From Scyliorhinus canicula (taxonomy: Eukaryota), in assembly GCF_902713615.1 (NCBI RefSeq), contig NC_052158.1, positions 39,609,729 to 39,673,728 on the forward strand: a DNA stretch of 64,000 nucleotides, in the 5' to 3' direction. Position 1 is the stretch's first letter, and every line of letters starts with the position of its first letter. Positions 36,501 to 47,238 of this stretch are shown in pieces. Both the position numbers and the translations under genes were made by a program. Under the pieces are notes generated by a model. That model made no database searches, was not told the DNA's origin, and was given only the letters and a program-made list of their open reading frames with translations.

Positions 36501-39500
36501 CTGAGTGCAGTGTCCCAGGGTTCAGTAGCTGGGAGATGGACTGAGTGCAGTGTCCCAGGGGTCAGTGCTGGGAGACTGAGTAGCAGTGTCCCAGGGGTCA
36601 GTGCTGGGGGACTGAGTGCAGTGTCCCAGGGGTCAGTGCTGGGGGACTGAGTGCAGTGTCCCAGGGGTCAGTGCTGGGGATGGACTGAGTGCAGTGTCCC
36701 AGGGATCAGTGCTGGGGGACTGAGTACAGTGTCCCAGGGGTCAGTGCTGGGGGACTGAGTGCAGTGTCCCAGGGGTCAGTGCTGGGAGATGGACTGAGTG
36801 TAGTGTCCCAGGGGTCAGTGCTGGGGGACTGAATGCAGTGTCGCAGGGGTCAGTGCTGGGAGACTGAGTGCAGTGTCCCAGGGGTCAGTGCTGGGAGACA
36901 GAGTGCAGTGTCCCAGGGGTCAGTGCTGGGGGACTGAGTGCAGTGTCCCAGGGGTCAGTGCTGGAGATGGACTGAGTGTAGTGTCCCAGGGGTCAGTGCT
37001 GGGGGACTGAATGCAGTGTCGCAGGGGTCAGTGCTGGGAGACTGAGTGCAGTGCCCCAGGGGTCAGTGCTGGGGGACTGAGTGCAGTGTCCCAGGTATCA
37101 GTGCTGGGGGACTGAGTGCAGTGTCCCAGTGGTCAGTGCTGGGGGACTGAGTGCAGTATCCCAGGGGTCAGTGCTGGGGGGACTGAGTGCAGTGTCCCAG
37201 GGGTCAGTGCTGGGGGACTGAGTGCCGTGTCCCAGGGGTCAGTGCTGGGGGACTGAGTGCAGTGTCCCAGGGATCAGTGCTGGGAGATGGACTGAGTGCA
37301 GTGTCGCAGGGGTCAGTGCTGGGGGACTGAGTGCAGTGTCCCAGGGGTCAGTGCTGGGAGATGGACTGAGTGCAGTGTCCCAGGGGTCAGTGCTGGGAGA
37401 TGGACTGAGTGCAGTGTCCCAGGGGTCAGTGCTGGGGGACTGAGTGCAGTGTCCCAGGGGTCAGTGCTGGGGGACTGAGTGCAGTGTCCCAGGGGTCAGT
37501 GCTGGGGGACTGAGTGCAGTGTCCCATGGGGTCAGTGCTGGGAGACTGAGTGCAGTGTCCCAGGGGTCAGTGCTGGGGGACTGAGTGCGGTGTCCCAGGG
37601 GTCAGTGCAGGGGGACTGAGTGCAGTGTCCCAGGGATCAGTGCTGGGGGACTGAGTGCAGTGTCCCAGGGATCAGTGCTGGGGGACTGAGTGCAGTGTCC
37701 CAGGGGTCAGTGCTGGGGGACTGAGTGCAGTGTCCCAGGGGTCAGTGCTGGGGGACTGAGTGCAGTGTCCCAGGGATCAGTGCTGGGGGACTGAGTGCAG
37801 TGTCCCAGGGGTCAGTGCTGGAGGACTGAGTGCAGTGTCCCAGGGGTCAGTGCTGGGGGACTGAGTGCAGTGTCCCAGGGATCAGTGCTGGGGGGCTGAG
37901 TGCAGTGTCCCAGGGGTCAGTGCTGGGGGACTGAGTGCAGTGTCCCAGGGGTCAGTGCAGGGGGACTGAGTGCAGTGTCCCAGGGGTCAGTGCTGGGGGA
38001 TGGGCTGAGTGCAGTGTCCCAGGGGTCAGTACTGGGAGATGGACTGACTGCAGTGTCCCAGGGATCAGTACTGGGAGACTGAGTACAGTGCCCAGGGGTC
38101 AGTGCTGGGGGACTGAGTGCAGTGTCCCAGGGGTCAGTGCTGGGGGGCTGAGTGCAGTGTCCCAGGGTCAGTGCTGGGGGACTGAGTGCAGTGTCCCAGG
38201 GGTCAGTGCTGGGGGACTGAGTGCAGTGTCCCAGGGAATCAGTGCTGGGGGATGGCCTGAGTGCAGTGTCCCAGGGGTCAGTGCTGGGGGGACTGAGTGC
38301 AGTGTCCCAGGGGTCAGTGCTGGGGGACTGAGTGCAGTATCCCAGGGGTCAGTGCTGGGGACTGAGTGCAGTGTCCCAGGGGTCAGTGCTGGGGGATGGG
38401 CAGAGTGCAGTGTTGCAGGGGTCACTGCTTGGGGACTGAGTGCAGTGTCCCAGGGGTCAGTGCTGGGGAGGGACTGAGTGCAGTGTCCCAGGGTCAGTGC
38501 TGGGGGACTGTGCAGTGTCCCAGGGGTCAGTGCTGGGGGTCTGAGTGCAGTGTCCCAGGGGTCAGTGCTGGGGGACCTGAGTGCAGTGTCCCAGGGGTCA
38601 GTGCCTGGGGACTGAGTGCAGTGTCCCAGGGATCAGTGCTGGGGGGACTGAGTGCAGTGTCCCAGGGGTCAGTGCTGGGGGACTGAGTGCAGTGTCCCAG
38701 GGGTCAGTGCTGGGAGATTGACTGAGTGCAGTGTCCCAGGGGTCAGTGCTGGGGGACTGAGTGCAGTGTCCCAGGGGTCAGTGCTGGGGGACTGAGTGCA
38801 GTGTCCCAGGGGTCAGTGCTGGGGAGACTGAGTGCAGTGTCCCAGGGGTCAGTGCTGGGGGACTGAGTGCAGTGTACCAGGGGTCAGTGCTGGGCGACTG
38901 AGTACGGTGTCCCAGGGGTCAGTGCTGGGGGACTGAGTGCAGTGTCCCAGGGGTCAGTGCTGGGAGACTGAGTGCAGTGTCCCAGGGGTCAGTGCTGGGG
39001 GACTGAGTGCAGTGTCCCAGGGGTCAGTGCTGGGGATGGACTGAGTGCAGTGTCCCAGGGGTCAGTGCTGGGGGACTGAGTGCAGTGTCCCAGGGATCAG
39101 TGCTGGGGGACTGAGTGAAGTGTCCCAGGGGTCAGTGCTGGGGGACTGAGTGCAGTGTCCCAGGGGTCAGTGCTGGGGGACTGAGTGCAGTGTACCAGGG
39201 ATCAGTGCTGGGGGGCTGAGTGCAGTGTCCCAGGGGTCAGTGCTGGGAGATGGACTGAGTGCAGTGTCGCAGGGGCCAGTGCTGGGGGACTGAGTGCATT
39301 GTCCCAGGGGTCAGTGCTGGAGGATGGGCTGAGTGCAGTGTCCCAGGGGTCAGTGCTGGGGGACTGAGTGCAGTGTCCCAGGGGTCTGTGCTGGGAGACT
39401 GAGTGCGGTGTCCCAGGGGTCAGTGCTGGGGGACTGAGTGCAGTGTCCAAGGGGTCAGTGCTGGGGGACTGAGTGCAGTGTCCCAGGGGTCAGTGCTGGG

Positions 39501-42500
39501 AGACTGAGTGCAATGTCCCAGGGGTCAGTGCTGGGGGACTGAGTGCGGTGTCCCAGGGATCAGTGCTGGGGGACTGAGTGCAGTGTCCCAGGGATCAGTG
39601 CTGGGGGACTGAGTGCAGTGTCCCAGGGGTCAGTGCTGGGGGACTGAGTGCAGTGTCCCAGGGGTCAGTGCTGGGGGACTGAGTGCAGTGTCCCAGGGGT
39701 CAGTGCTGGGAGGGACTGAGTGCAGTGTCCCAGGGTCAGTGCTGGGGGACTGAGTGCAGTGTCCCAGGGGTCAGTGCTGGGGGACTGAGTGCAGTGTCCC
39801 AGGGGTCAGTGCTGGGGGACTGAGTGCAGTGTCCCAGGGGTCAGTGCTGGGGGACTGAGTGCAGTGTCCCAGGGGTCAGTGCTGGGGGACTGAGTGCAGT
39901 GTCCCAGGGGTCAGTGCTGGGGGACTGAGTGCAGTGTCCCAGGGGTCAGTGCTGGGGGACTGAGTGCAGTGTCCCAGGGGTCAGTGCTGGGATGGACTGA
40001 GTGCAGTGTCCCAGGGGTCAGTGCTGGGGGACTGAGTGCAGTGTCCCAGGGGTCAGTGCTGGGGGACTGAGTGCAGTGTCCCAGGGGTCAGTGCTGGGAG
40101 ACTGAGTGCAGTGTCCCAGGGGTCAGTNNNNNNNNNNNNNNNNNNNNNNNNNNNNNNNNNNNNNNNNNNNNNNNNNNNNNNNNNNNNNNNNNNNNNNNNN
40201 NNNNNNNNNNNNNNNNNNNNNNNNNNNNNNNNNNNNNNNNNNNNNNNNNNNNNNNNNNNNNNNNNNNNNNNNNNNNNNNNNNNNNNNNNNNNNNNNNNNN
40301 NNNNNNNNNNNNNNNNNNNNNNNNNNNNNNNNNNNNNNNNNNNNNNNNNNNNNNNNNNNNNNNNNNNNNNNNNNNNNNNNNNNNNNNNNNNNNNNNNNNN
40401 NNNNNNNNNNNNNNNNNNNNNNNNNNNNNNNNNNNNNNNNNNNNNNNNNNNNNNNNNNNNNNNNNNNNNNNNNNNNNNNNNNNNNNNNNNNNNNNNNNNN
40501 NNNNNNNNNNNNNNNNNNNNNNNNNNNNNNNNNNNNNNNNNNNNNNNNNNNNNNNNNNNNNNNNNNNNNNNNNNNNNNNNNNNNNNNNNNNNNNNNNNNN
40601 NNNNNNNNNNNNNNNTGCAGTGTCCCAGGGGTCAGTGCTGGGGGACTGAGTGCAGTGTCCCAGGGGTCAGTGCTGGGGGACTGAGTGCAGTGTCCCAGGG
40701 GTCAGTGCTGGGGGACTGAGTGCAGTGTCCCAGGGGTCAGTGCTGGGGGACTGAGTGCAGTGTCCCAGGGGTCAGTGCTGGGGGACTGAGTGCAGTGTCC
40801 CAGGGGTCAGTGCTGGGGGACTGAGTGCAGTGTCCCAGGGGTCAGTGCTGGGGGACTGAGTGCAGTGTCCCAGGGGTCAGTGCTGGGGGACTGAGTGCAG
40901 TGTCCCAGGGGTCAGTGCTGGGGGACTGAGTGCAGTGTCCCAGGGGTCAGTGCTGGGGACTGAGTGCAGTGTCCCAGGGGTCAGTGCTGGGGGACTGAGT
41001 GCAGTGACCCAGGGGTCAGTGCTGGGGGACTGAGTGCAGTGTCCCAGGGGTCAGTGCTGGGGGACTGAGTGCAGTGTCCAGGGGTCAGTGCTGGGGGACT
41101 GAGTGCAGTGTCCCAGGGGTCAGTGCTGGGGGACTGAGTGCAGTGTCCCAGGGGTCAGTGCTGGGATGGACTGAGTGCAGTGTCCCAGGGGTCAGTGCTG
41201 GGGGACTGAGTGCAGTGTCCCAGGGGTCAGTGCTGGGGGACTGAGTGCAGTGTCCCAGGGGTCAGTGCTGGGGGACTGAGTGCAGTGTCCCAGGGGTCAG
41301 TGCTGGGGGACTGAGTGCAGTGTCCCAGGGGTCAGTGCTGGGGGACTGAGTGCAGTGTCCCAGGGGTCAGTGCTGGGGGACTGAGTGCAGTGTCCCAGGG
41401 GTCAGTGCTGGGGGACTGAGTGCAGTGTCCCAGGGGTCAGTGCTGGGGGACTGAGTGCAGTGTCCCAGGGGTCAGTGCTGGGGGACTGAGTGCAGTGTCC
41501 CAGGGGTCAGTGCTGGGGGACTGAGTGCAGTGTCCCAGGGGTCAGTGCTGGGGGACTGAGTGCAGTGTCCCAGGGGTCAGTGCTGGGGGACTGAGTGCAG
41601 TGTCCCAGGGGTCAGTGCTGGGGGACTGAGTGCAGTGTCCCAGGGGTCAGTGCTGGGGGACTGAGTGCAGTGTCCCAGGGGTCAGTGCTGGGGGACTGAG
41701 TGCAGTGTCCCAGGGGTCAGTGCTGGGGGACTGAGTGCAGTGTCCCAGGGGTCAGTGCTGGGGGACTGAGTGCAGTGTCCCAGGGGTCAGTGCTGGGGGA
41801 CTGAGTGCAGTGTCCCAGGGGTCAGTGCTGGGGGACTGAGTGCAGTGTCCCAGGGGTCAGTGCTGGGGGACTGAGTGCAGTGTCCCAGGGGTCAGTGCTG
41901 GGGGACTGAGTGCAGTGTCCCAGGGGTCAGTGCTGGGGGACTGAGTGCAGTGTCCCAGGGGTCAGTGCTGGGGGACTGAGTGCAGTGTCCCAGGGGTCAG
42001 TGCTGGGGGACTGAGTGCAGTGTCCCAGGGGTCAGTGCTGGGGGACTGAGTGCAGTGTCCCAGGGGTCAGTGCTGGGGGACTGAGTGCAGTGTCCCAGGG
42101 GTCAGTGCTGGGGGACTGAGTGCAGTGTCCCAGGGGTCAGTGCTGGGGGACTGAGTGCAGTGTCCCAGGGGTCAGTGCTGGGGATGACTGAGTGCAGTGT
42201 CCCAGGGGTCAGTGCTGGGAGGACTGAGTGCAGTGTCCCAGGGGTCAGTGCTGGGGGACTGAGTGCAGTGTCCCAGGGGTCAGTGCTGGGGGACTGAGTG
42301 CAGTGTCCCAGGGGTCAGTGCTGGGGGACTGAGTGCAGTGTCCCAGGGGTCAGTGCTGGGGGACTGAGTGCAGTGTCCCAGGGGTCAGTGCTGGGAGGAC
42401 TGAGTGCAGTGTCCCAGGGGTCAGTGCTGGGGGACTGAGTGCAGTGTCCCAGGGGTCAGTGCTGGGGGACTGAGTGCAGTGTCCCAGGGGTCAGTGCTGG

Positions 42501-45500
42501 GGGACTGAGTGCAGTGTCCCAGGGGTCAGTGCTGGGGGACTGAGTGCAGTGTCCCAGGGGTCAGTGCTGGGGGACTGAGTGCAGTGTCCCAGGGGTCAGT
42601 GCTGGGGGACTGAGTGCAGTGTCCCAGGGGTCAGTGCTGGGGGACTGAGTGCAGTGTCCCAGGGGTCAGTGCTGGGGGACTGAGTGCAGTGTCCCAGGGG
42701 TCAGTGCTGGGGGACTGAGTGCAGTGTCCCAGGGGTCAGTGCTGGGGGACTGAGTGCAGTGTCCCAGGGGTCAGTGCTGGGGGACTGAGTGCAGTGTCCC
42801 AGGGGTCAGTGCTGGGGGACTGAGTGCAGTGTCCCAGGGGTCAGTGCTGGGGGACTGAGTGCAGTGTCCCAGGGGTCAGTGCTGGGGGACTGAGTGCAGT
42901 GTCCCAGGGGTCAGTGCTGGGGGACTGAGTGCAGTGTCCCAGGGGTCAGTGCTGGGGGACTGAGTGCAGTGTCCCAGGGGTCAGTGCTGGGGGACTGAGT
43001 GCAGTGTCCCAGGGGTCAGTGCTGGGGGACTGAGTGCAGTGTCCCAGGGGTCAGTGCTGGGGGACTGAGTGCAGTGTCCCAGGGGTCAGTGCTGGGGGAC
43101 TGAGTGCAGTGTCCCAGGGGTCAGTGCTGGGGGACTGAGTGCAGTGTCCCAGGGGTCAGTGCTGGGGGACTGAGTGCAGTGTCCCAGGGGTCAGTGCTGG
43201 GGGACTGAGTGCAGTGTCCCAGGGGTCAGTGCTGGGGGACTGAGTGCAGTGTCCCAGGGGTCAGTGCTGGGGGACTGAGTGCAGTGTCCCAGGGGTCAGT
43301 GCTGGGGGACTGAGTGCAGTGTCCCAGGGGTCAGTGCTGGGGGACTGAGTGCAGTGTCCCAGGGGTCAGTGCTGGGGGACTGAGTGCAGTGTCCCAGGGG
43401 TCAGTGCTGGGGGACTGAGTGCAGTGTCCCAGGGGTCAGTGCTGGGGGACTGAGTGCAGTGTCCCAGGGGTCAGTGCTGGGGGACTGAGTGCAGTGTCCC
43501 AGGGGTCAGTGCTGGGGGACTGAGTGCAGTGTCCCAGGGGTCAGTGCTGGGGGACTGAGTGCAGTGTCCCAGGGGTCAGTGCTGGGGGACTGAGTGCAGT
43601 GTCCCAGGGGTCAGTGCTGGGGATGGACTGAGTGCAGTGTCCCAGGGGTCAGTGCTGGGGGACTGAGTGCAGTGTCCCAGGGGTCAGTGCTGGGGGACTG
43701 AGTGCAGTGTCCCAGGGGTCAGTGCTGGGATGGACTGAGTGCAGTGTCCCAGGGGTCAGTGCTGGGGGACTGAGTGCAGTGTCCCAGGGGTCAGTGCTGG
43801 GGGACTGAGTGCAGTGTCCCAGGGGTCAGTGCTGGGGGACTGAGTGCAGTGTCCCAGGGGTCAGTGCTGGGGGACTGAGTGCAGTGTCCCAGGGGTCAGT
43901 GCTGGGGGACTGAGTGCAGTGTCCCAGGGGTCAGTGCTGGAGTGGACTGAGTGCAGTGTCCCAGGGGTCAGTGCTGGGGGACTGAGTGCAGTGTCCCAGG
44001 GGTCAGTGCTGGGGGACTGAGTGCAGTGTCCCAGGGGTCAGTGCTGGGGGACTGAGTGCAGTGTCCCAGGGGTCAGTGCTGGGGGACTGAGTGCAGTGTC
44101 CCAGGGGTCAGTGCTGGGGGATGGACTGAGTGCAGTGTCCCAGGGGTCAGTGCTGGGGGACTGAGTGCAGTGTCCCAGGGGTCAGTGCTGGGGGACTGAG
44201 TGCAGTGTCCCAGGGGTCAGTGCTGGGGGACCTGAGTGCAGTGTCCCAGGGGTCAGTGCTGGGGGACTGAGTGCAGTGTCCCAGGGGTCAGTGCTGGGGG
44301 ACTGAGTGCAGTGTCCCAGGGGTCAGTGCTGGGGGACTGAGTGCAGTGTCCCAGGGGTCAGTGCTGGGGGACTGAGTGCAGTGTCCCAGGGGTCAGTGCT
44401 GGGGACTGAGTGCAGTGTCCCAGGGGTCAGTGCTGGGGGACTGAGTGCAGTGTCCCAGGGGTCAGTGCTGGGGGACTGAGTGCAGTGTCCCAGGGGTCAG
44501 TGCTGGGGGACTGAGTGCAGTGTCCAGGGGTCAGTGCTGGGGGACTGAGTGCAGTGTCCCAGGGGTCAGTGCTGGGGGACTGAGTGCAGTGTCCCAAGGG
44601 TTAGTGCTGGGGGACAGAGTGCAGTGTCCCAGGGGTCAGTGTTGGGGGACTGAGTGCAGTGTCCCAGTGGTCAGTGCTGGGAGATCGACTGAGTGCAGTG
44701 TCCCAGGGGTCAGTGCTGGGAGATGGACTGAGTGCAGTGTCCCAGGGGTCAGTGCTGGGAGATGGACTGAGTGCTGTGTCCCAGTGGTCAGTGCTGGGGG
44801 CTGTGCAGTGTCCCAGAGGTCAGTGCTGGGGGATGGACTGAGTGCAGTGTCCCAGGGGTCAGTGCTGGGGGACTGAGTGCAGTGTCCCAAGGGTTAGTGC
44901 TGGGTGATGGACTGAGTGCAGTGTCCCAGGGGTCAGTGCTTGGGGACTGAGTGTAGTGTCCCAGGGGTCAGTGCTGGGTGATGGACTGAGTGCAGTGTCC
45001 CACGGGACAGTGCTAGGGGACTGAGTGCAGTGTCCCAAGGGTTAGTGCTGGGGGACTGAGTGCGGTGTCCCAGGGGTCAGTGCTGGGGGACTGAGTGCAG
45101 TGTCCCAGGGGTCAGTGCTGGGGGACTGAGTGCAGTGTCCCAGGGGTCAGTGCTGGGGGACTGAGTGCAGTGTCCCAGGGGTCAGTGCTGGGGGACTGAG
45201 TGCAGTGTCCCAGGGGTCAGTGCTGGGGGACTGAGTGCAGTGTCCCAGGGGTCAGTGCTGGGAGGACTGAGTGCAGTGTCCCAGGGGTCAGTGCTGGGGG
45301 ACTGAGTGCAGTGTCCCAGGGGTCAGTGCTGGGGGACTGAGTGCAGTGTCCCAGGGGTCAGTGCTGGGGACTGAGTGCAGTGTCCCAGGGGTCAGTGCTG
45401 GGGGACTGAGTGCAGTGTCCCAGGGGTCAGTGCTGGGGGACTGAGTGCAGTGTCCCAGGGGTCAGTGCTGGGGGACTGAGTGCAGTGTCCCAGGGGTCAG

Positions 45501-47167
45501 TGCTGGGGGACTGAGTGCAGTGTCCCAGGGGTCAGTGCTGGGGATGGACTGAGTGCAGTGTCCCAGGGGTCAGTGCTGGGCGACTGAGTGCAGTGTCCCA
45601 GGGGTCAGTGCTGTGGGACTGAGTGCAGTGTCCCAGGGGTCAGTGCTGGGGGCTGAGTGCAGTGTCCCAGGGGTCAGTGCTGTGGGACTGAGTGCAGTGT
45701 CCCAGGGGTCAGTGCTGTGGGACTGAGTGCAGTGTCCCAGGGGTCAGTGCTGTGGGACTGAGTGCAGTGTAAGGATGTCAATCGACACAGAGTTTCTATC
45801 TTCCTGATCTTACCGGATGTCTGGTTTGTGATCTTCATTATTGTATCCAGCTTCTCCTTTGCCATGTTTGAATGTATGTTCACCAGATCTGTGATATAGT
45901 CCCAGTGTGTCACATTGAAATAATCAGCCATGAATTGCTGCCTGGGAATACAGCGACGGATATTACTGTCACTATAACCTATTTGGACACCATTGATTAT
46001 CGCGACAGTTGTAACATCAGGAAAATCCTCAATTCCGGAGACGATAGTATATATCACTGTGTGAGTGTTGGTGTCTGTAAAAGAAACAGTTCAGTTAACT
46101 GTTTAAGAAACACCAAACGATAAACAGAATAATCTAGCTGGAGTTCACTGAGCAGAATAATAGCAGAAACCTCCGGAGTATCACAAACACGGTGAAAGTC
46201 AATGTAAACGTGTCAGTGTCTGTAAAATAACTGAATAATGAGGGTTGAAAACAGAATTATGCAGATGCTCCAAACCTGAATTTGTGACAGAAATTTCTGG
46301 AAAACACAGGAGATTGGGTGGTATGTGTGCGGAGAAACCAAGTTAATATTTCGAGTCCGTATGATTCAACATAGAGTCTTTATTTAGCACTGCTGCCCGG
46401 ACCCGGGTTAAAGAGCGGTCCATCCACACACAGACAATCTCCAATTGTCCACCACTTTATCACAATGTCAGAATCCTGTCTGATATTGAAACAGAATCAG
46501 ATTAAACTGGGTCACAATTAGATGCTGCAGCCTCTCAGAACAGGGAGTAAACACAGAATCAGTCACTCAGGACTGGGCTGTTATCATCTTTGCTGTAATC
46601 TCTTTGTAAACACAGCAGCTTTATGTCACTGGGAGAGAAGTCCATCATGTGATTCAGTTTCAGTTTTACTGTTGGCTATGAGCAGAACGCCACACGGTGG
46701 GGAGAGGGGGTGGGGGAGACAGTCACTGTGTGAACAGTCTCTCTGTCAAACTGGGATGGTCAATCCAGAGCAGGATCTCCACTGTCCTTCACACAGCTTT
46801 TTAATCTCCCCTTTATACATCGTCACTAGGATGTTGGTGGTCTGAGATAACCTGACCTATTCAACCATGAGGGCATCACAGCTGATCCTGGGGTGGGTGA
46901 AACATGGATTATCCTTCTCCTCTCCGTCGTATTTTGACACAAATCCCATCAGAGTCTGACACACTGTGCTGACTTCAATGGTGTCAGATATCAGGCTGGC
47001 TGTATAACAGGCATCTGATCAAATATCACCCATTTCAAACTCTCCCCAAAAGATTCACATTAACCCCAGAGAGAGTGAGAGAGAGTGAGAATGGAAGAGT
47101 GAATTCTGTACTTACCGGGAGAGACCCAGGAAAAACACAGGGAGATGGAGAAAAGGATCAGCAACAT
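24474..47167 (-). CDS. Non-classical MHC class I heavy chain, 343 aa, six coding exons
   Basis: join(47116-47167, 45814-46074, 31816-32091, 31421-31699, 26451-26570, 24474-24517) = 1032 nt, open throughout, all junctions phase 1 with GT-AG. Domains in order: leader, alpha1, alpha2, alpha3 (C1-Ig), TM, cytoplasmic. Confidence 0.92.
24735..25275 (-). mobile_element. CR1-type LINE 3' fragment in the last intron
   Basis: Reverse complement of the same 3' text as 12900-13330 (TTCTTATG-like tail, AATTTCTT...GTAGTGAATCTGTGGAA). Confidence 0.8.
25280..26435. repeat. About 84-bp minisatellite (about 13-14 units) in intron 5
   Basis: Unit CTCAGTGTCCTGTACTCCCAGTACTGGGGATTCCCCCCACACTCACTCTGTCCCCTCAGTTCTACATTCCC(CT)n. 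Period 84 measured at 26041/26125/26209. Contains the palindrome CCCAGTACTGGG. Confidence 0.95.
26451..26570 (-). CDS. MHC class I exon 5, connecting peptide + transmembrane
   Basis: 120 nt between TTTCAG| and |GTGAG: EFPGNSGGYANLGIIIGSVIMALAVIVGIIGIIIWKRIRR, a hydrophobic span followed by a basic stop-transfer. Confidence 0.9.
27303..27490. mobile_element. Short TIR element of the GGGCGGGATTCTCC family
   Basis: GGGCAGCATTCTCC ... GGAGAATCCAGCCC imperfect 14-bp TIRs. Confidence 0.55.
27595..28285. repeat. Degenerate (CA)n low-complexity tract
   Basis: CACA/TACA-rich. Produces spurious Cys/Val and His/Thr ORFs. Confidence 0.95.
28750..29940. repeat. 48-bp minisatellite (about 25 units) in intron 4
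   Basis: Unit GCATCAGCCTGTTCTGCAGAGAGAGTTATCAG(GGCCG/GTTCT)GGATTCTGCTT. Period 48 (29227/29275). Confidence 0.95.
29929..30135. mobile_element. Truncated GC-rich TIR element (5' end only)
   Basis: Starts GGGCCGGGATTCTCCCCTACC, GC-rich, and is followed by one more 48-bp repeat unit. Confidence 0.6.
30273..30623 (+). mobile_element. HE1-type SINE, full length
   Basis: GGGGCAGCACGGTAGCATGGTGGTTAGC head, GGTTCAGTTCCC B box, family core and (TTCTATG)n tail. Confidence 0.9.
30624..30961 (+). mobile_element. HE1-type SINE, tandem second copy
   Basis: Begins immediately after the tail of the previous copy, with the same head, core and CTGCACTGTAAAT..CTATGATTCTATG tail. Confidence 0.9.
31421..31699 (-). 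CDS. MHC class I exon 4, alpha3 C1-set Ig domain
   Basis: 279 nt between TTACAG| and |GTAAG. Contains LSCLVTGFYPVDIEVTW, PNHDGSHQ and YSCQIEHSSL, with both Ig cysteines present. Confidence 0.97.
31816..32091 (-). CDS. MHC class I exon 3, alpha2 domain
   Basis: 276 nt between TGACAG| and |GTATT: GIHIFQWIRSVEVSEDGSCKISMRFGFDGKDYISLEPDRMRWVATNPIALKTKEKWDSDQSWNSYWETYLQGVFVQHLNRYLEAGKEYFGRK. Confidence 0.95.
32166..45770. repeat. 35-bp satellite filling MHC intron 2 (about 375 sequenced units plus gap)
   Basis: Unit CTGAGTGCAGTGTCCCAGGGGTCAGTGCTGGGGGA, with 39-bp variants carrying GATGG. Confidence 0.98.
40128..40615. other. Assembly gap (488 N) inside the satellite
   Basis: Run of N. The true array length is unknown. 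Confidence 1.
45814..46074 (-). CDS. MHC class I exon 2, alpha1 domain
   Basis: 261 nt between TTACAG| and |GTAAG: DTNTHTVIYTIVSGIEDFPDVTTVAIINGVQIGYSDSNIRRCIPRQQFMADYFNVTHWDYITDLVNIHSNMAKEKLDTIMKITNQTS. Shows class I DS, IPRQ, W60 and NQT(86) motifs. Confidence 0.92.
47116..47167 (-). CDS. MHC class I exon 1, signal peptide MLLILFSISLCFSWVSP
   Basis: ATG at 47167, 52 nt, hydrophobic, ends G|GTAAG, and lies directly downstream of the TATA/X-Y promoter. Confidence 0.88.
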
Positions 47168-47238
47168 TCTGGGAATCCACTGTTCCTGTTCCAATCAGTG
47201 ACTGGGAATCAAACTCTCTGAGGGGGAAACTAATCCTG

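Noticed and set aside
32166-45770. Possible CRISPR-like array or coding repeat (35-bp period)
   Set aside because: Units are contiguous with no unique spacers, the context is eukaryotic, and there are no cas genes. The short ORFs are repeat artefacts starting at GTG.
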